DNA of 64,000 nt from the human T2T-CHM13v2.0 reference genome, Homo sapiens, in NCBI RefSeq assembly GCF_009914755.1, contig NC_060928.1, one strand, 5' to 3'. The number at the start of each line of letters is the position of its first letter. Position 1 is the first letter of the stretch. The translations under genes and the position numbers were made by a program. Below, piece after piece: positions 51,664 to 64,000 of this stretch. The notes under the pieces were generated by a model that saw only the letters and a list, made by a program, of their open reading frames with translations, ran no database searches and was not told the origin of the DNA.

Positions 51664-52912
51664 AACAGTGGCTAAGATAGAAGCTTATTTCTCCCTGAGA
51701 GATGTAGGTGGATTAGCACTTGGATAGTGGCTCTTTCCCATGAGGTCTTCCAGGCTTCTCCTTTCTTGTGTTGTCACCATCTCTAGATTGCTGCCCTCAT
51801 GCACATGGCCAAAGGTGGCTTGCCACCATGTCCAATTTCCAGGTATAGGATGATGAGAAGGCAGAAAAAGGGCATGTCCCTCCTTTTTAGACATCCTAGA
51901 AGTTGCACCCATCATTTTCTATCACCTCCCATGGAGGCAGGCCTTAATCACATGGCTACACCTAGTTGTAGGGGAAGTTAAGAAACGTCATCTTTATTTT
52001 GGTTGACTAGCTAAAGATTGGAGATTTCCTTATTGTAAAACAATGTTTCTCAACGTTTTTTTTCATTATGGACTCAGCACTGCATGCGTGTGTGCGCGCA
52101 TGTGCACCCACACACACACACACACCCCCCCACATTTCACCTTGCTCTGAGAAAAAATAAAATGAACTGAAAACTAAATTTAATTTCTTCCTGAAGAGAG
52201 AAATCAAATGCTAAGAAATAAGATTTTGTTGGGTAGGGTTGAACCTTGGTAGGCCACTAGTCATTGCAATATCTAAAATTTTTTAGCTCTCCAAGAACCA
52301 ATATTTTCCCCCTTGGGAGCAATTTACCTCTCTTCCCATTGACAATGCATGCTGTAGAATTGGAGGAAAATGGATATTAGCATTTCATGTCACATGGTGC
52401 ACATTTTTTGACTGACTTCTATACAGATTATTAATACTTAAATGGAATTACAGAATTCTTTTTGAATAAAACATGTGGTGACCATTGATACAGCTTATCC
52501 ATTTGCTCATGCTTAATTTTGGTACTGACTGTGGCAATGCATAGAGTGCAAATAGGTTCACGTTCCTGCTTTACCACTTAATGACTGTGTGCAAAATACT
52601 TAATTTTTGTGAGCTTCATCTCCCTCATTTAAGAAAATTATTAGACCTCACAGGGTGTTAAAATTAATGCCAAGGACGGATTGTCAACTGCAAAGCCTCA
52701 CAGGGCTAGTGGCTGTTCTTTCCAGCAAAGAAAGGAGGATGGAAATTTCTTAGGATAAGAACTAAGGCCCAGCACTGTTGGTGCTACCCACCTTTCTAGC
52801 CTCTTCTTACACAGCTCTCTGCTCCCATCACTTTGTCTTCTCTCAGTTTTCTTTTCTTTTCTCCTTCTCCTTCCCCTCCCCTCTTCTTTTCTTTTCTTTT
52901 CTTTCTTTTTGA

Positions 52913-53296
<384 letters not shown>

Positions 53297-53379
53297 TAGT
53301 AGTTACTCACCATAGTTACCCAGGCCAGCATCATTTCCCTGGGAAGACTTTCCTGAACCCCAGAGGGGCTCTCACCGCA

Positions 53380-54290
53380 CACTTGCAGAGGCCTTGCTGA
53401 GCCCGTGTCCGCAGCAACGCTACGTTTCCCTGCAACCCTATGGTTAACATTTCCTTCCACCACTAGGCAAGGAAGGCCTGCGACGCTCCCCGTCTGAGCA
53501 TGGTGCTAAACACAGTGCCTAGCACCCAGTAAGCGCACACGCATGAGGGAAGGAGCTGGGAGCTGGCTCGGCAGGTCTGGAAGTTGGATAGGGTCTGTAA
53601 AGGGCTGCCTGGCTCCAGGGGCCTCACACGCAGCGACCTCAGCCGGGCCCAAGGTGCGTGTACTGCGCATGCCCAGCCAACTGGTCTTCCAGAACCTTCT
53701 TCAGTGAGGAGGTTATACCCGGAGGTCTCGACGCTCGCTCGTGCTGCTCGTGTTGCCGCTGGGTACGTTTGCTGCCAGTGCTGATCCAGCCGGAGGCGAA
53801 GAGAAGCACTTTGGGGGCAAAAGGTAGGGGTTGTGCCTTCAGGATCTCTCCTCTCTGTCCCCTGAGCGGCCCGCAGCCTCCCCAGCCGAGATGGCCGTGC
53901 TTTTGGGGATGGGTGGGAAGGTTCTCAGCGGCGGTGGCCATGAGCGAAGAGGCCCGTTTTGCAGGTTTCACACGAGGCTTGGGTGAGGCCAGCAGGGAAC
54001 GACGGCCCCAGAAGGGCCAGGGCACTGGGCTTAGGGGTAACCCTGGGCCGTGGGCTTCAGTGACTGGGAAAGAGGCCCTTCGGATAAGAGAAAGGAGGTG
54101 TTGGGGTCAGTTGGGAGTCACTGAGGCCAGATCTTATTTGTTACCCAAAAAGGGGCTAATTTTCTGAGATAGCAAGCGGAATGGGAGGGCTTCTCTCGCC
54201 TGACCCTACTTCGTGGTGAAACTGTTCTGCCATGGTAGGGTAGGGCCCCGCCCCTCTGAGCAGGCTGGGGCCGCTGCGCCCAGCTCAGGC
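53380..54290 (+). promoter_or_regulatory. ART3: CpG island; probable upstream promoter and non-coding first exon of ART3 (exon about 53690-53823)
   Basis: CpG-rich; NRF1-like TGCGCATGCC at 53664; RFX X-box-like GTTTCCCTGCAAC at 53424-53436; donor AAG|GTAGGG at 53823/53824. The gene name rests on remembered locus order, as no ART3 coding sequence is in the window. Confidence 0.65.
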
Positions 54291-56709
54291 CTGTCCAGAC
54301 ACTAGTTTCCTGGGCTTCGTTTAGGAACTTGTCATGCAAAGTCTGAGAGCAACCACATTCTCTCAGGAAGCAGGCAGCGGGAAGGAGAAAATCCCATTGA
54401 TCGTTGCATTTATGGCTAGACAAGGCTTTTAGGAGAAACAGAAACCTGATGAGAGGATGTTGCAGGCGTTTCTCACAGCCCTGGGAATGGAGCCAAAGAT
54501 GATCTAGAGTTGAAATCAACAGTTACCAATTCCTTTTTGGACAAGAATTTTAACTTCCTGTGCCTTGAAAAATTCCAGTTCTGTGTCCGTAGGGGATCCA
54601 AATGCTAATGTAACCCCAAAGAACTTTACAAAGCGGAATTCTTAGTTTTCACAAGTGTGGCCCAGCCTCCCTCTTGAATCTTTTTGGTTGTGGAATCGAG
54701 GTGTTCTGTTTAATTATCCAGTGTGACTGACTCTGTGGCAGGGACGGTAAGAGCCTTCCCTTTTTACTTGTGAGAGGAGAAGTTTCTCTCATAAAGAAAC
54801 CTCCAGGCCTGTTTGAATTTCTCACAGTGTGGATTTCCCCTCCTCTCGGCAGCTGTTGTTAGTATTAAACTGACTAGAAAGGGATTTATTTCTTGAAAGT
54901 CTTAGAAGCCCCAAGAGAATATTCTGATTTTTCTTTTTCCCTCTCCTCTCCCCACGCAGGGAGTCATTCCTTCCTTCCTAAATACAACATGGTGAGTTAC
55001 ATGCAGGCAAATCCTAGCTGTGGGAGGTTTTATATCCTGTCTGCATCTAAGTCACTAAGAGAAAGGACCAAGTTCTTCCTTTGCTAATCTTATTATCTGG
55101 CTTCTTGGTTTATATTTCTCATGTAAAACTTAAGGACTGGGTTAGGTTTGTGAATAAACAGTTTTGAGAGAGCATGTTAAGGACATGATGTAAAGGACAA
55201 CTTTTGCAAAATGTTGACAATAGCAACATTTTTGCTTGGTGACTTTAGGCAAGTCAGCTTGTAGTCTGAGGATATGTAACAATAGCCATTAAGAAGCTGC
55301 TGACTAACCTGGAGAAAAATTATCCTGAAAAGAAAACATGTTTATACTTAAAATATCCATACTTATTTAAAATGTCACTTTAAAATTGCATATGTAAGTA
55401 ATTTTACAAGAAAAAATCCACATTCTTAAAAATCTTCATTTACTGTTTATCATTCATTTCATCCACCAAACTTTTATTCTTATGGTTCTAGACTCTGAGG
55501 TCACATATGTGAACAATGATTTCCTCAGAGAGTTCACAGTTCAGTGGGGGAAAACAGCATGTACATTAACACTTATTATAGAAGAAGTGGTATGATAAAG
55601 GATTGTACAGAATAATTGGAGGTACAGAGAAGTGCACAACCCTGGCTGATGGGTTCAGACGCAGCTGTCTGAGTTAGGTCTGAAAAGGAGAATTGGCTGG
55701 AATTTGTTACAAGAAGAAGTTGGGGGAATATTCTAAGCAAGAGGCAGGAGAAGGTATGCCAAATTTGAGAACCTGCAAGTACTTTAGCAAGGGTGGACGG
55801 TAGAGTGAATAATGGAGTGGTGAGAAATTGGTCTAGAAATGTGGCAGGAACAAGACGATGAAGTGCCTTGTGAATCTCTATGTGGGGAGGAGACACTGCA
55901 GAATTTTAACTAAGGGAATAACATGAGATTTATATATACACACACACACACACCCCTGTGTATACATCTGCCCCTTGTCACCAGTCTTTAATCTTATTTT
56001 ACTTGAACATTTCCTTGTGTCTACGTAGTTTATATATTTGTAAAATGTTCTCATATTTCTAGCCTCTTCATTCTCAGTTCTGTGTATTTGAGTTGTTTCC
56101 AATAATGTCTCAGTAATACAACAGTGATCTTACTATTTTAAAAAAGATTTTACTCTCTTGGGGTATTTCCCATCTTTGAAACTGTAGGGACAAAGGTTAA
56201 AAAACGTTTCTGTATCTTCTGTAACATTTTGACAGATTGCTTGCCAGAAAGATTGGGCTATCAGTATGTAGATGTATCTGTTTCACAATCCTCTTGTCAT
56301 TTTATTTACTTTTGTTCATTTAGCATGTGAAAATTGGCACTAGAGACTAGTGTTAATTCCATTTTCTTTACAAATTGATATTTTACTTTGTATTGGTTTA
56401 ACATCTGCATTTCCTACCTTTTTAAGACCACTTGTCAAGTAGAGTCAGAGTTTTGACCTTGTAAATATCTATCAATTCTTTACATATTTTGATTAGGAAG
56501 CTCTAATGCATTTTTAGTGAAAATATTTGCTTTTTCCATTTTGTTAAATTAATTTCCTTCATAATTAAAAAAAAGAAAACACAACTTAGGGGCTGAATTG
56601 TGTTCCCCCACCGAATGCTTATGTTGAAAACCTAACTGCCAGTACCTCAGAAGGTGACTGTATTTAGAGATAGGGTTTTCACAGAGGTAATTAAGTTAAG
56701 GTGAGGTCC

Positions 56710-58110
56710 CTGAGGAAGCACAGTCTTTGGACTTACTAGACCAAGATATTAAATCAGCTGTCTTAAATATACTCAAAGAACTAAAGGAAATCATGTACAA
56801 AAAAACAAAAGGAAACAAGACAAAATGAGAATATTAATAAAGGGGTAGAAATTATAAAAAAGGAAACAAATAGAAATGATGGAGCGGAAAAGTGCAAAAC
56901 TGAAGTGAAAAAATTTAGTAGATGGGTTCAACAGCAGTTTTGAGCCAGCAGAAGAAAGAATCTGCAAATCTGAAGATAGGACAATTGAAATTTTCAAGGC
57001 TGAGAAGTAGAAAGAAAAAAGAATGAAGAAAAGTGAACAAAGCCTAAGAGACCTATGAGACACCATCAAGTGGACCAATATATGCTTAATATGAGTTTCG
57101 GAAGGAGAAGAGAGAGAAAGGGACAGAAGACTATTCACAGAAGTAATGACTGAAAACTAACGAAATCCAATGAAACGTATGAATCTGCGTGACTCCAAGA
57201 AGCTCAGTGAACTCCAAGCAAGTTAAACTCAAAAAGATCCACACTGAGATACCTAATAGTCAAACTGCTAAAACTCAAGAGACAGAGAATCTTGAAAGCA
57301 ACAAGTGAAGTGATTCATCATATACATCCAAGGGATCCTAGATAATATTAACAGCTGATTTCTTATCAGAAGCCAAGGAAGCAAGAGGGCAGTGAAACAA
57401 CATGTTTAAAGTGCTGAAAGAAAAAAAATCTGTCAATGAAGAATTCTATATCTGGCAAAACTACCCTTCAAGAATGAAAAAGAAATGAAGACATTTTTAA
57501 ATAGACTGAAGCTAGGGGGAGTTTATTACTAGTAGACTTGCTCTACACAACATATTGAAGGCAGTCCTGCAGGCTGAAATGAAAGGATACTAACTCCAAG
57601 CCATATAAAGGAATAATACTGGTAAAGGTAACTATGTAGGTAATATAAAAACCAGTATTATTGCACTTTTGGTTTGTACCTTCTCATTTTTCCTATGTGA
57701 ATTAAAAAATGCATAAAACCATAATTATAAATATGTATTAATGAGCACACAGTGCTGTAATCTGTGACAATAACAATTGTCAAAGGGGAGGGATGCAGAT
57801 GTATAGGAGCAGAGTGTGTTTGTTTACTGTTGAAACTAAGGTGGTATTCAAACTAGGATGTTACAAGTTTAGGATGTTAATTATAATCCCCAAAGTAACC
57901 AGTAAGAGAATAACTAAAAATATACAGAAAAGAAAAGAGGGGACTCAAAATAGTACACTCTAAAAATTCAACTACTTACCAAAAAAGGAAGTAATGGAGA
58001 AATTGAGGAACAAAAAAATAAGACACTTAAAAAATTCAATAGCTGAAAGGCAAAGTAAAACCTTCCTTATCAGTAATAACTTTAAATGTAAATGAATTAA
58101 GCTCTGGCCT
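56710..58110 (+). mobile_element. Old L1M fragment (ORF1 region)
   Basis: GAATGAAGAAAAGTGAACAAAGCCTAAGAGACCTATGAGACACCATCAAG and other degenerate ORF1-like A-rich sequence. Confidence 0.75.
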
Positions 58111-58451
58111 AATGAGCTTATATGTATAAAGGTTTGATTTGCTTTGGTTTGTTGAGACAGGGCCTCACTCTGTTGCCTAGGCTTGAGTGCAGTGGCATGA
58201 TTATGGTTCACTACAGCCTCAACCTGGCTCAAACAATCCTCCCACCTCAGCCTCTCGAGTAGCTGGGACCATAGGCATGCGCCACCATGCCCAGCTAATT
58301 TTTGTATTTTTTGTAGAGATGGGTTTTTGCCATGTTGGTCAGTCTAGTCTGGAACTCCTGGGCTCAAGCGATCCTCTGGCCTTGGCCTCCTAGAGTGCTG
58401 GGACTATAGGCACAAGCCTGGCCTGGGATTATAGGCACAATGCCTGGCCTA

Positions 58452-60480
58452 GGTTTGTTAGTATTTTATTGAGGATTTTTGCATCAATATTCATGAGAGA
58501 TATTGGCCTGTTGTTTTCTTTTTTGATGTGTCTTTGATTTTGGTATCGGGGTAATACTGGCCTTATAGAATGAGTTTGGAAAGTCTTTATTTCTCCTTCA
58601 TGTTTAAAGGATATTTTCACTGGATATGCTATTCTAGGTTAAACATGTTTTTTCTTCAGCACTTTAAATATGTTATGCCATTCTATCCTGGCCTGTAAGG
58701 TTTCCACTGAAAAGTTTGCTGCTAGACATATTTCCAGATATTTGAAGATATTTGAGTGTTGCTATCTAAGCCATATTTGCGTTAGGAATACCCCAAGCCC
58801 AGTAATACTGTAGTTTTTGCAGACTCAAAGAGATACCGCCTTGGTCTTAGATAAGATTTGGAAGAATTCTCTGGATTACCAGGCCGACTCTTGTTCTCTT
58901 CCCTTAGTTTCTCCTAAACAAATGAAGTCTCTCTCTCTGTGCTGAGCTGCTTGGGGTTGGGGGTGGGGTGACACCAAGCACACCTGTGGCCACCACCACT
59001 GACGTTGTGCTGAGTCAGACCTGAAGCCAGCACAGCACTGGGTCTCACCCAAGGCATGTCACTGTAACCACTACCTGGCTACCATCTGTGTTTGCTCAAG
59101 GCCCTACAGCTCTACCATCAGCATGTGGAAAAGTCAGCCAGGCTTATATCCTTCCCTGCAAGCAGCAAGTTTTCCCAGGCACCAGATGGGCCCAGAGATG
59201 CTGTCTGGGAGCCAGGGACTGGAGTCAAAAACCTTAGATATCTCCCTGGTGCTCTATTCTGTTGCGGCTAAGCTGGCACTCAATCTATGAGACAAAGTCT
59301 TTCCCATTCCTCCCTCCCCTTTCCAGAGGCAGAGGAGCCTTTTACTCATGCCCATCACCACAGACCCATGGGATGTACAGACAGGCTACCTAACACCAAT
59401 ATTCACTTAAGGCCCAAGGGCTCTTCAGTCTGCTTATGGTGAATGCTGCCCAGCCTGGGACTCACGTTTCAGGGCAGTGGGCTCCCCTCTGGGCCAGGGC
59501 AGGTCCAGAAATGCCATCTAAGCCCAGGCTGGAATTGGGGGCCCAAGAGCCCACTTGGTGCTCTACCTCACTGTGGCCGAGCTGGTACCTGTGGTTCAAG
59601 AAAAAGTCTCCTTTACTTTTCCTTCTGCTTTTCTCAAGCAGAAGGAATCTCTCACTATGACCACCACAGTTGGGAATGTGCTGGGTCTCACCTAAAGCCA
59701 GCATATCTGAGTCTCACCCAAGGCCCACTGTGTACTACCTGGGTATTGGCTGCTGGTTATTCAGTGCCCAAGGGCTCTTCAGTCAGCAGGTGATGAATCC
59801 TACCAGCAGTGGGTCCTTCCCTTCAAGGCAGCAGGTTCCCTTCTGGCCCAGGGCATGTCTAGAAATGTCATCCAAGATCTAGGGCCTGGAATAGGGGCCT
59901 CATGACTCTCTGCCCAGCACTCTATCCTACTGTGGCTGAACTCGTATCCAAGTTTCAAGACAAAGTCCTCTTTATTCTTCCCTCTCCTCAAGCAGAAGGA
60001 AGGAGTCGCTTTTATTGCTGTGAGCTGTGTTGCCTGGAGTTGGGAAGGGTGGTGCAAGCACTCTCTTTGCTGTCCTGGTTGGTGTCTCATTAGGTCATGT
60101 TCCCCCAACTAGGTTGTGCACTCCCCAAGTCCACTGGCTCTTCAGCACAGCACTAGGACTGCCTAGGACTTGCAATCCTTGTGGCCTAGACTGCCTTTCA
60201 GATTTATTTAGGACCCCAGAGCACTTTAGCGAGCAGAGGCAAGACTTGCCAAAACTCAACTTCTAACCACTAGGATGGGTGATTCCCCTTTGCCTGGGGA
60301 TGGTCTAAATGCTCCCTCCATGGGCATCCACTGAGTTCAGCCTAATTTTGCTTTCCACTGTGACAGAGCATGACTGGGTTCCCCCAAGCACACAGATTAT
60401 CTTTCTGTGCCTCATGGCCACTGCCAGGGGAAGGGAGAGGGGTGGCATTGGCCATTCAAGACCATCTTTCCTACCTGGTT
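58452..60480 (-). mobile_element. L1 fragments: short ORF2 piece, then ORF1/5' UTR of an older L1 with internal repeats
   Basis: ORF 58429..58620 contains RPISLMNIDAKILNKIL; CCCAAGGGCTCTTCAGTC recurs at about 59413 and 59767. Confidence 0.7.
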
Positions 60481-60519
60481 TTAACTTTGTATCACTGAAA
60501 GAAGTACTCATTGGTTCAG

Positions 60520-61115
60520 CCACTGTGAGAAGCAGCTTGGATATTTCTCAAAGAACTTCAAATAGAACTACCATTCAACCCAGCAATCCCATAACTGGGT
60601 ATATACCCAAACAAGTGTAAATCATTCTACCATAAAGACACGTGCACATGTATGTCATCACAGCCCTATTCACTATAGCAAAGATATGGAACCAACCTAG
60701 ATGCCCATCAACGGTGGACTTCATAAAGAAAATGTGGTACATATACACCATGGAATACTAAAAAAGAACAAAATCATGTCCTTTGCAGCAACAGAGATGA
60801 AGCTGGAGGCCATTATCCTAAACAAATTAACACAGGAACAGAAAACCAAATACTGCATGTTCTCACTTATAAGTGGGAACTGAACATTGAGTACCCATGG
60901 ACACAAAGAAGGCAACAATAGATACTGGGACCTACTCGACAGTGGGGGTAGGGAGGAAGATGAAGATTCAAAAACTACCTATCTGGTACTATGTTCATTA
61001 CCTGGGTGATGAAATAATCTATACACCATACCCCCACAACACACGATTTACCCATGTAACAAACCTGCATGCGTACTCCCTAAACCTAAAATAAAAGTTG
61101 GAAAGAAAAAAAATT
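60520..61115 (+). mobile_element. L1PA (older) 3' end
   Basis: IMSFAATEMKLEAIILNKLTQEQKTKYCMFSLISGN and 3' UTR ending CTAAAATAAAAGTTG. Confidence 0.88.
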
Positions 61116-61220
61116 CAAGAAGTATTAAATACAAAGTAATATGCCATGAAAAGTCTCCCTGTGCTATGAATGGAATACCAAGTTTACTGTATTTTACATT
61201 GCCATATAAAAGTGAATCTA

Positions 61221-61430
<210 letters not shown>

Positions 61431-61962
61431 CTACATGGGAGGCAGAGGTGGGAGGATTGCTTGAGCCTGGGAGGTGGGGGTTGGAGTGAGCCGAGATCAC
61501 ACCATTTGCACTCCAGCCTGGGTGACAGAGTGAGACCCCATCTCAAGGAAAAAAAAAAAAAAAAAGAACATATGCCAGAAAGGAAGTAATCCAATGAAGT
61601 CATGGGAATTTGAACATAATAAGATTCTTTGTGAAAAAAATGGCCCCACCAAAAGATGAAAAATATCAAAAAGATTAGAACTAAGTGTGTTTTTGTAATA
61701 CTCAGGAAAGGAGTAAAAAAGAAAAGTAGAGTAATTACAGAGAATAAAAGCAGTACTATTCTGGTGATGGCTTGTATTGGCTAGGGAGAGCTAATGGTTA
61801 GATTTTCATGAATTATGTGAGTTAGTTTTAAAATACAGTCATTATTAAAAAATAAACTACGTATTTGCAATTGAATGAACTATGTTAAAATTATACTACA
61901 ACAGATTTTATTGTTTCTTTCTAGGAAGATCAGTGTACTGTACACTGAAGCTTGTTAAATAA

Positions 61963-62414
<452 letters not shown>

Positions 62415-63776
62415 ATATCACATTCTGATGTATGTCCTATGCAAGAATATCTGTGGTATATACATAGTAGTAGAATTGCTGGAACATGGGGTATGCCAGT
62501 GTTTAGCTTTGTGAGATAATGCCAAACTGTTTTCCAGAGTAGTCATAGCTATTTTTTCTTTCATCAGCAGTGGAAGAGCATTCCTCATTGCCTTGCATCC
62601 TTGGCAATGGTTGATGTTATCAAACTTTAAAAGTTTTGCCAGTTTAGTGGTGTGAAATGTTATTTCACAATGATTTGAATGTACATTTCCTTGATTACAA
62701 ATGAGGTTGAACATCTTTGTATGTTAGGGGCTTATGCTTCTTACTTCTGTGAAATTCTTACTCACTTCTGTTTCCTTTTTTTTTTTCTTCTTTTTTTTTC
62801 TTTTAGAGATGAGGTCTCACTCTGTTGCCCAAGCTGGAGTGCAGTGGTGCAGTCATAGCTCACTGTAACCCCAGACTCCTGGGCTCAGGTGATCCTCCTG
62901 CCTCAGCCTCCTGAGTAGCTAAAAAAATATATTTTTTTTGGTAGAGACAGGGTCTCACTGTGTTTCCAGGCTGGTCTCAAACTCCTGAGCTGAAGAAATC
63001 CTCCTGCCTTGGCTTCCCAAAGTGCTGAGATTACAGGCATGAGCCACCACACCCAGCCTTGTCTTTTCCTTTTTGATCTATGGGAATTCTTTACATATTC
63101 TAGATGCTAATAATTTGCCAACTAAATGTATTGTGAAGATCTTCTTAGTAAGTAATTGGATGTGGGAGGAGAGGAAGAAGTAGTATAGAATTACTCCCAG
63201 GTTTCTGGTTTGGGAAACTGATTGGATGATGGTGCAATTAAACTAGGACATAGAATAGAGGAGGAGAAACAGATCTCAGGGAGAGGAGAATTAGTTTATT
63301 TTGGAGTTTAAACTAAAGTTCCTATGGGATATTCAAGTGGACATGTCTTAGAGAAATTTGGCCATAGGGCTGGATGTGGTGGCTTGCACCTGTAATCCCA
63401 GCTTCTCTGGAGGCTGAGGTCAGAGGATTACTTGAGCCCAGGAGTTCGAGGCTGCAGTGAGCTATGATTGCACCACTGCACTCCGGCTTGGGTGACAGAG
63501 GAAGACCCTGTGTCTAAAAAAATAAGAGATTAAAAAAAAAAGAAATTTGGCTATAGGGATTTGGAGATTAGGCCAAGCTCTGTTATGCTACATTAGTTCT
63601 GTAGGATCTTATATGATGGGCCTTTCAGGAGATTACAGTTGGAAGGAGAGAGAGTGGTAATTCTCTAACTCATTTGTCTTCTGCCCATGCCACCTTCTTC
63701 TCCAGGCCATAGATTTCTCCAATCTAAGTTTCTTATGAAATAAATATCCCAACCAAGTGACACACAAGGCACTTCA

Positions 63777-64000
63777 TCTTAGTTATAATTACTTTATTAA
63801 CCTTTTGATCTTTCAACATTTAGATAGTCTTTCTTAATATTTCCAGGAGAGTACCTCATTTTTATTTTGAAAACCATTCAGCACATTTATCTTATGTAAC
63901 ATGCAGAGCATATATCTATCTGTATTTTTAAAATTTTCCTGTTACTCATTGATACATAGTACTTAATTACATGTTATTCCATGTACACTGAAAACAATAT
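63777..64000 (-). other. CXCL10: 3' end of the CXCL10 3' UTR with poly(A) signals
   Basis: Minus strand reads ...GAGGTACTCTCCTGGAAATATTAAGAAAGACTATCTAAATGTTGAAAGATCAAAAGGTTAATAAAGTAATTATAACTAAG, recognised as the CXCL10 mRNA end; AATAAA at 63793-63798 and 63861-63866. Confidence 0.85.

Noticed and set aside
53639-54519. 128-169 aa ORFs in the CpG island
   Set aside because: GC-rich, stop-poor sequence; ORFs on both strands and no recognisable domain
58400-58450. 25-26 bp tandem duplication GGGA(C/T)TATAGGCACAA(T)GCCTGGCCT
   Set aside because: Local slippage at an Alu end; no sign of function
59200-60010. Repeated blocks of about 350 bp period
   Set aside because: Consistent with internal repeats of an old L1 5' region, not a locus-specific duplication

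Overview
This is primate (almost certainly human) genomic DNA from the SDAD1-CXCL9-ART3-CXCL10 locus, which from memory lies at 4q21. The minus strand carries SDAD1 coding exons 1-19 (ATG at 33340, gene runs off the left edge). I rebuilt them from GT-AG boundaries with consistent phases. The minus strand also carries the complete four-exon CXCL9 gene (125 aa) with its IFN-gamma/NF-kB promoter, and the end of the CXCL10 3' UTR at the right edge. A CpG island near 53.4-54.3 kb is probably the upstream ART3 promoter on the plus strand. The rest is mostly Alu, L1, L2, MaLR/ERV LTR and MER5 repeats, and nearly all ORF-track entries are repeat-derived or spurious. I see no new multi-gene system. The most interesting structures are: (1) an exact 200-bp tandem duplication with junction microhomology at 41.1-41.5 kb; (2) a combined inverted and tandem repeat full of RBFOX motifs just downstream of SDAD1 exon 7; (3) a short polyadenylated ERV LTR fragment with a target-site duplication (TSD), apparently retrotransposed by L1; (4) a 32-nt plus-strand exon candidate ending in ATG; (5) a strong CTCF motif between SDAD1 and the chemokine genes; and (6) an internally deleted mini-Alu next to an inverted Alu. 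Repeat subfamily names come from memory of consensus sequences, and repeat boundaries are approximate.
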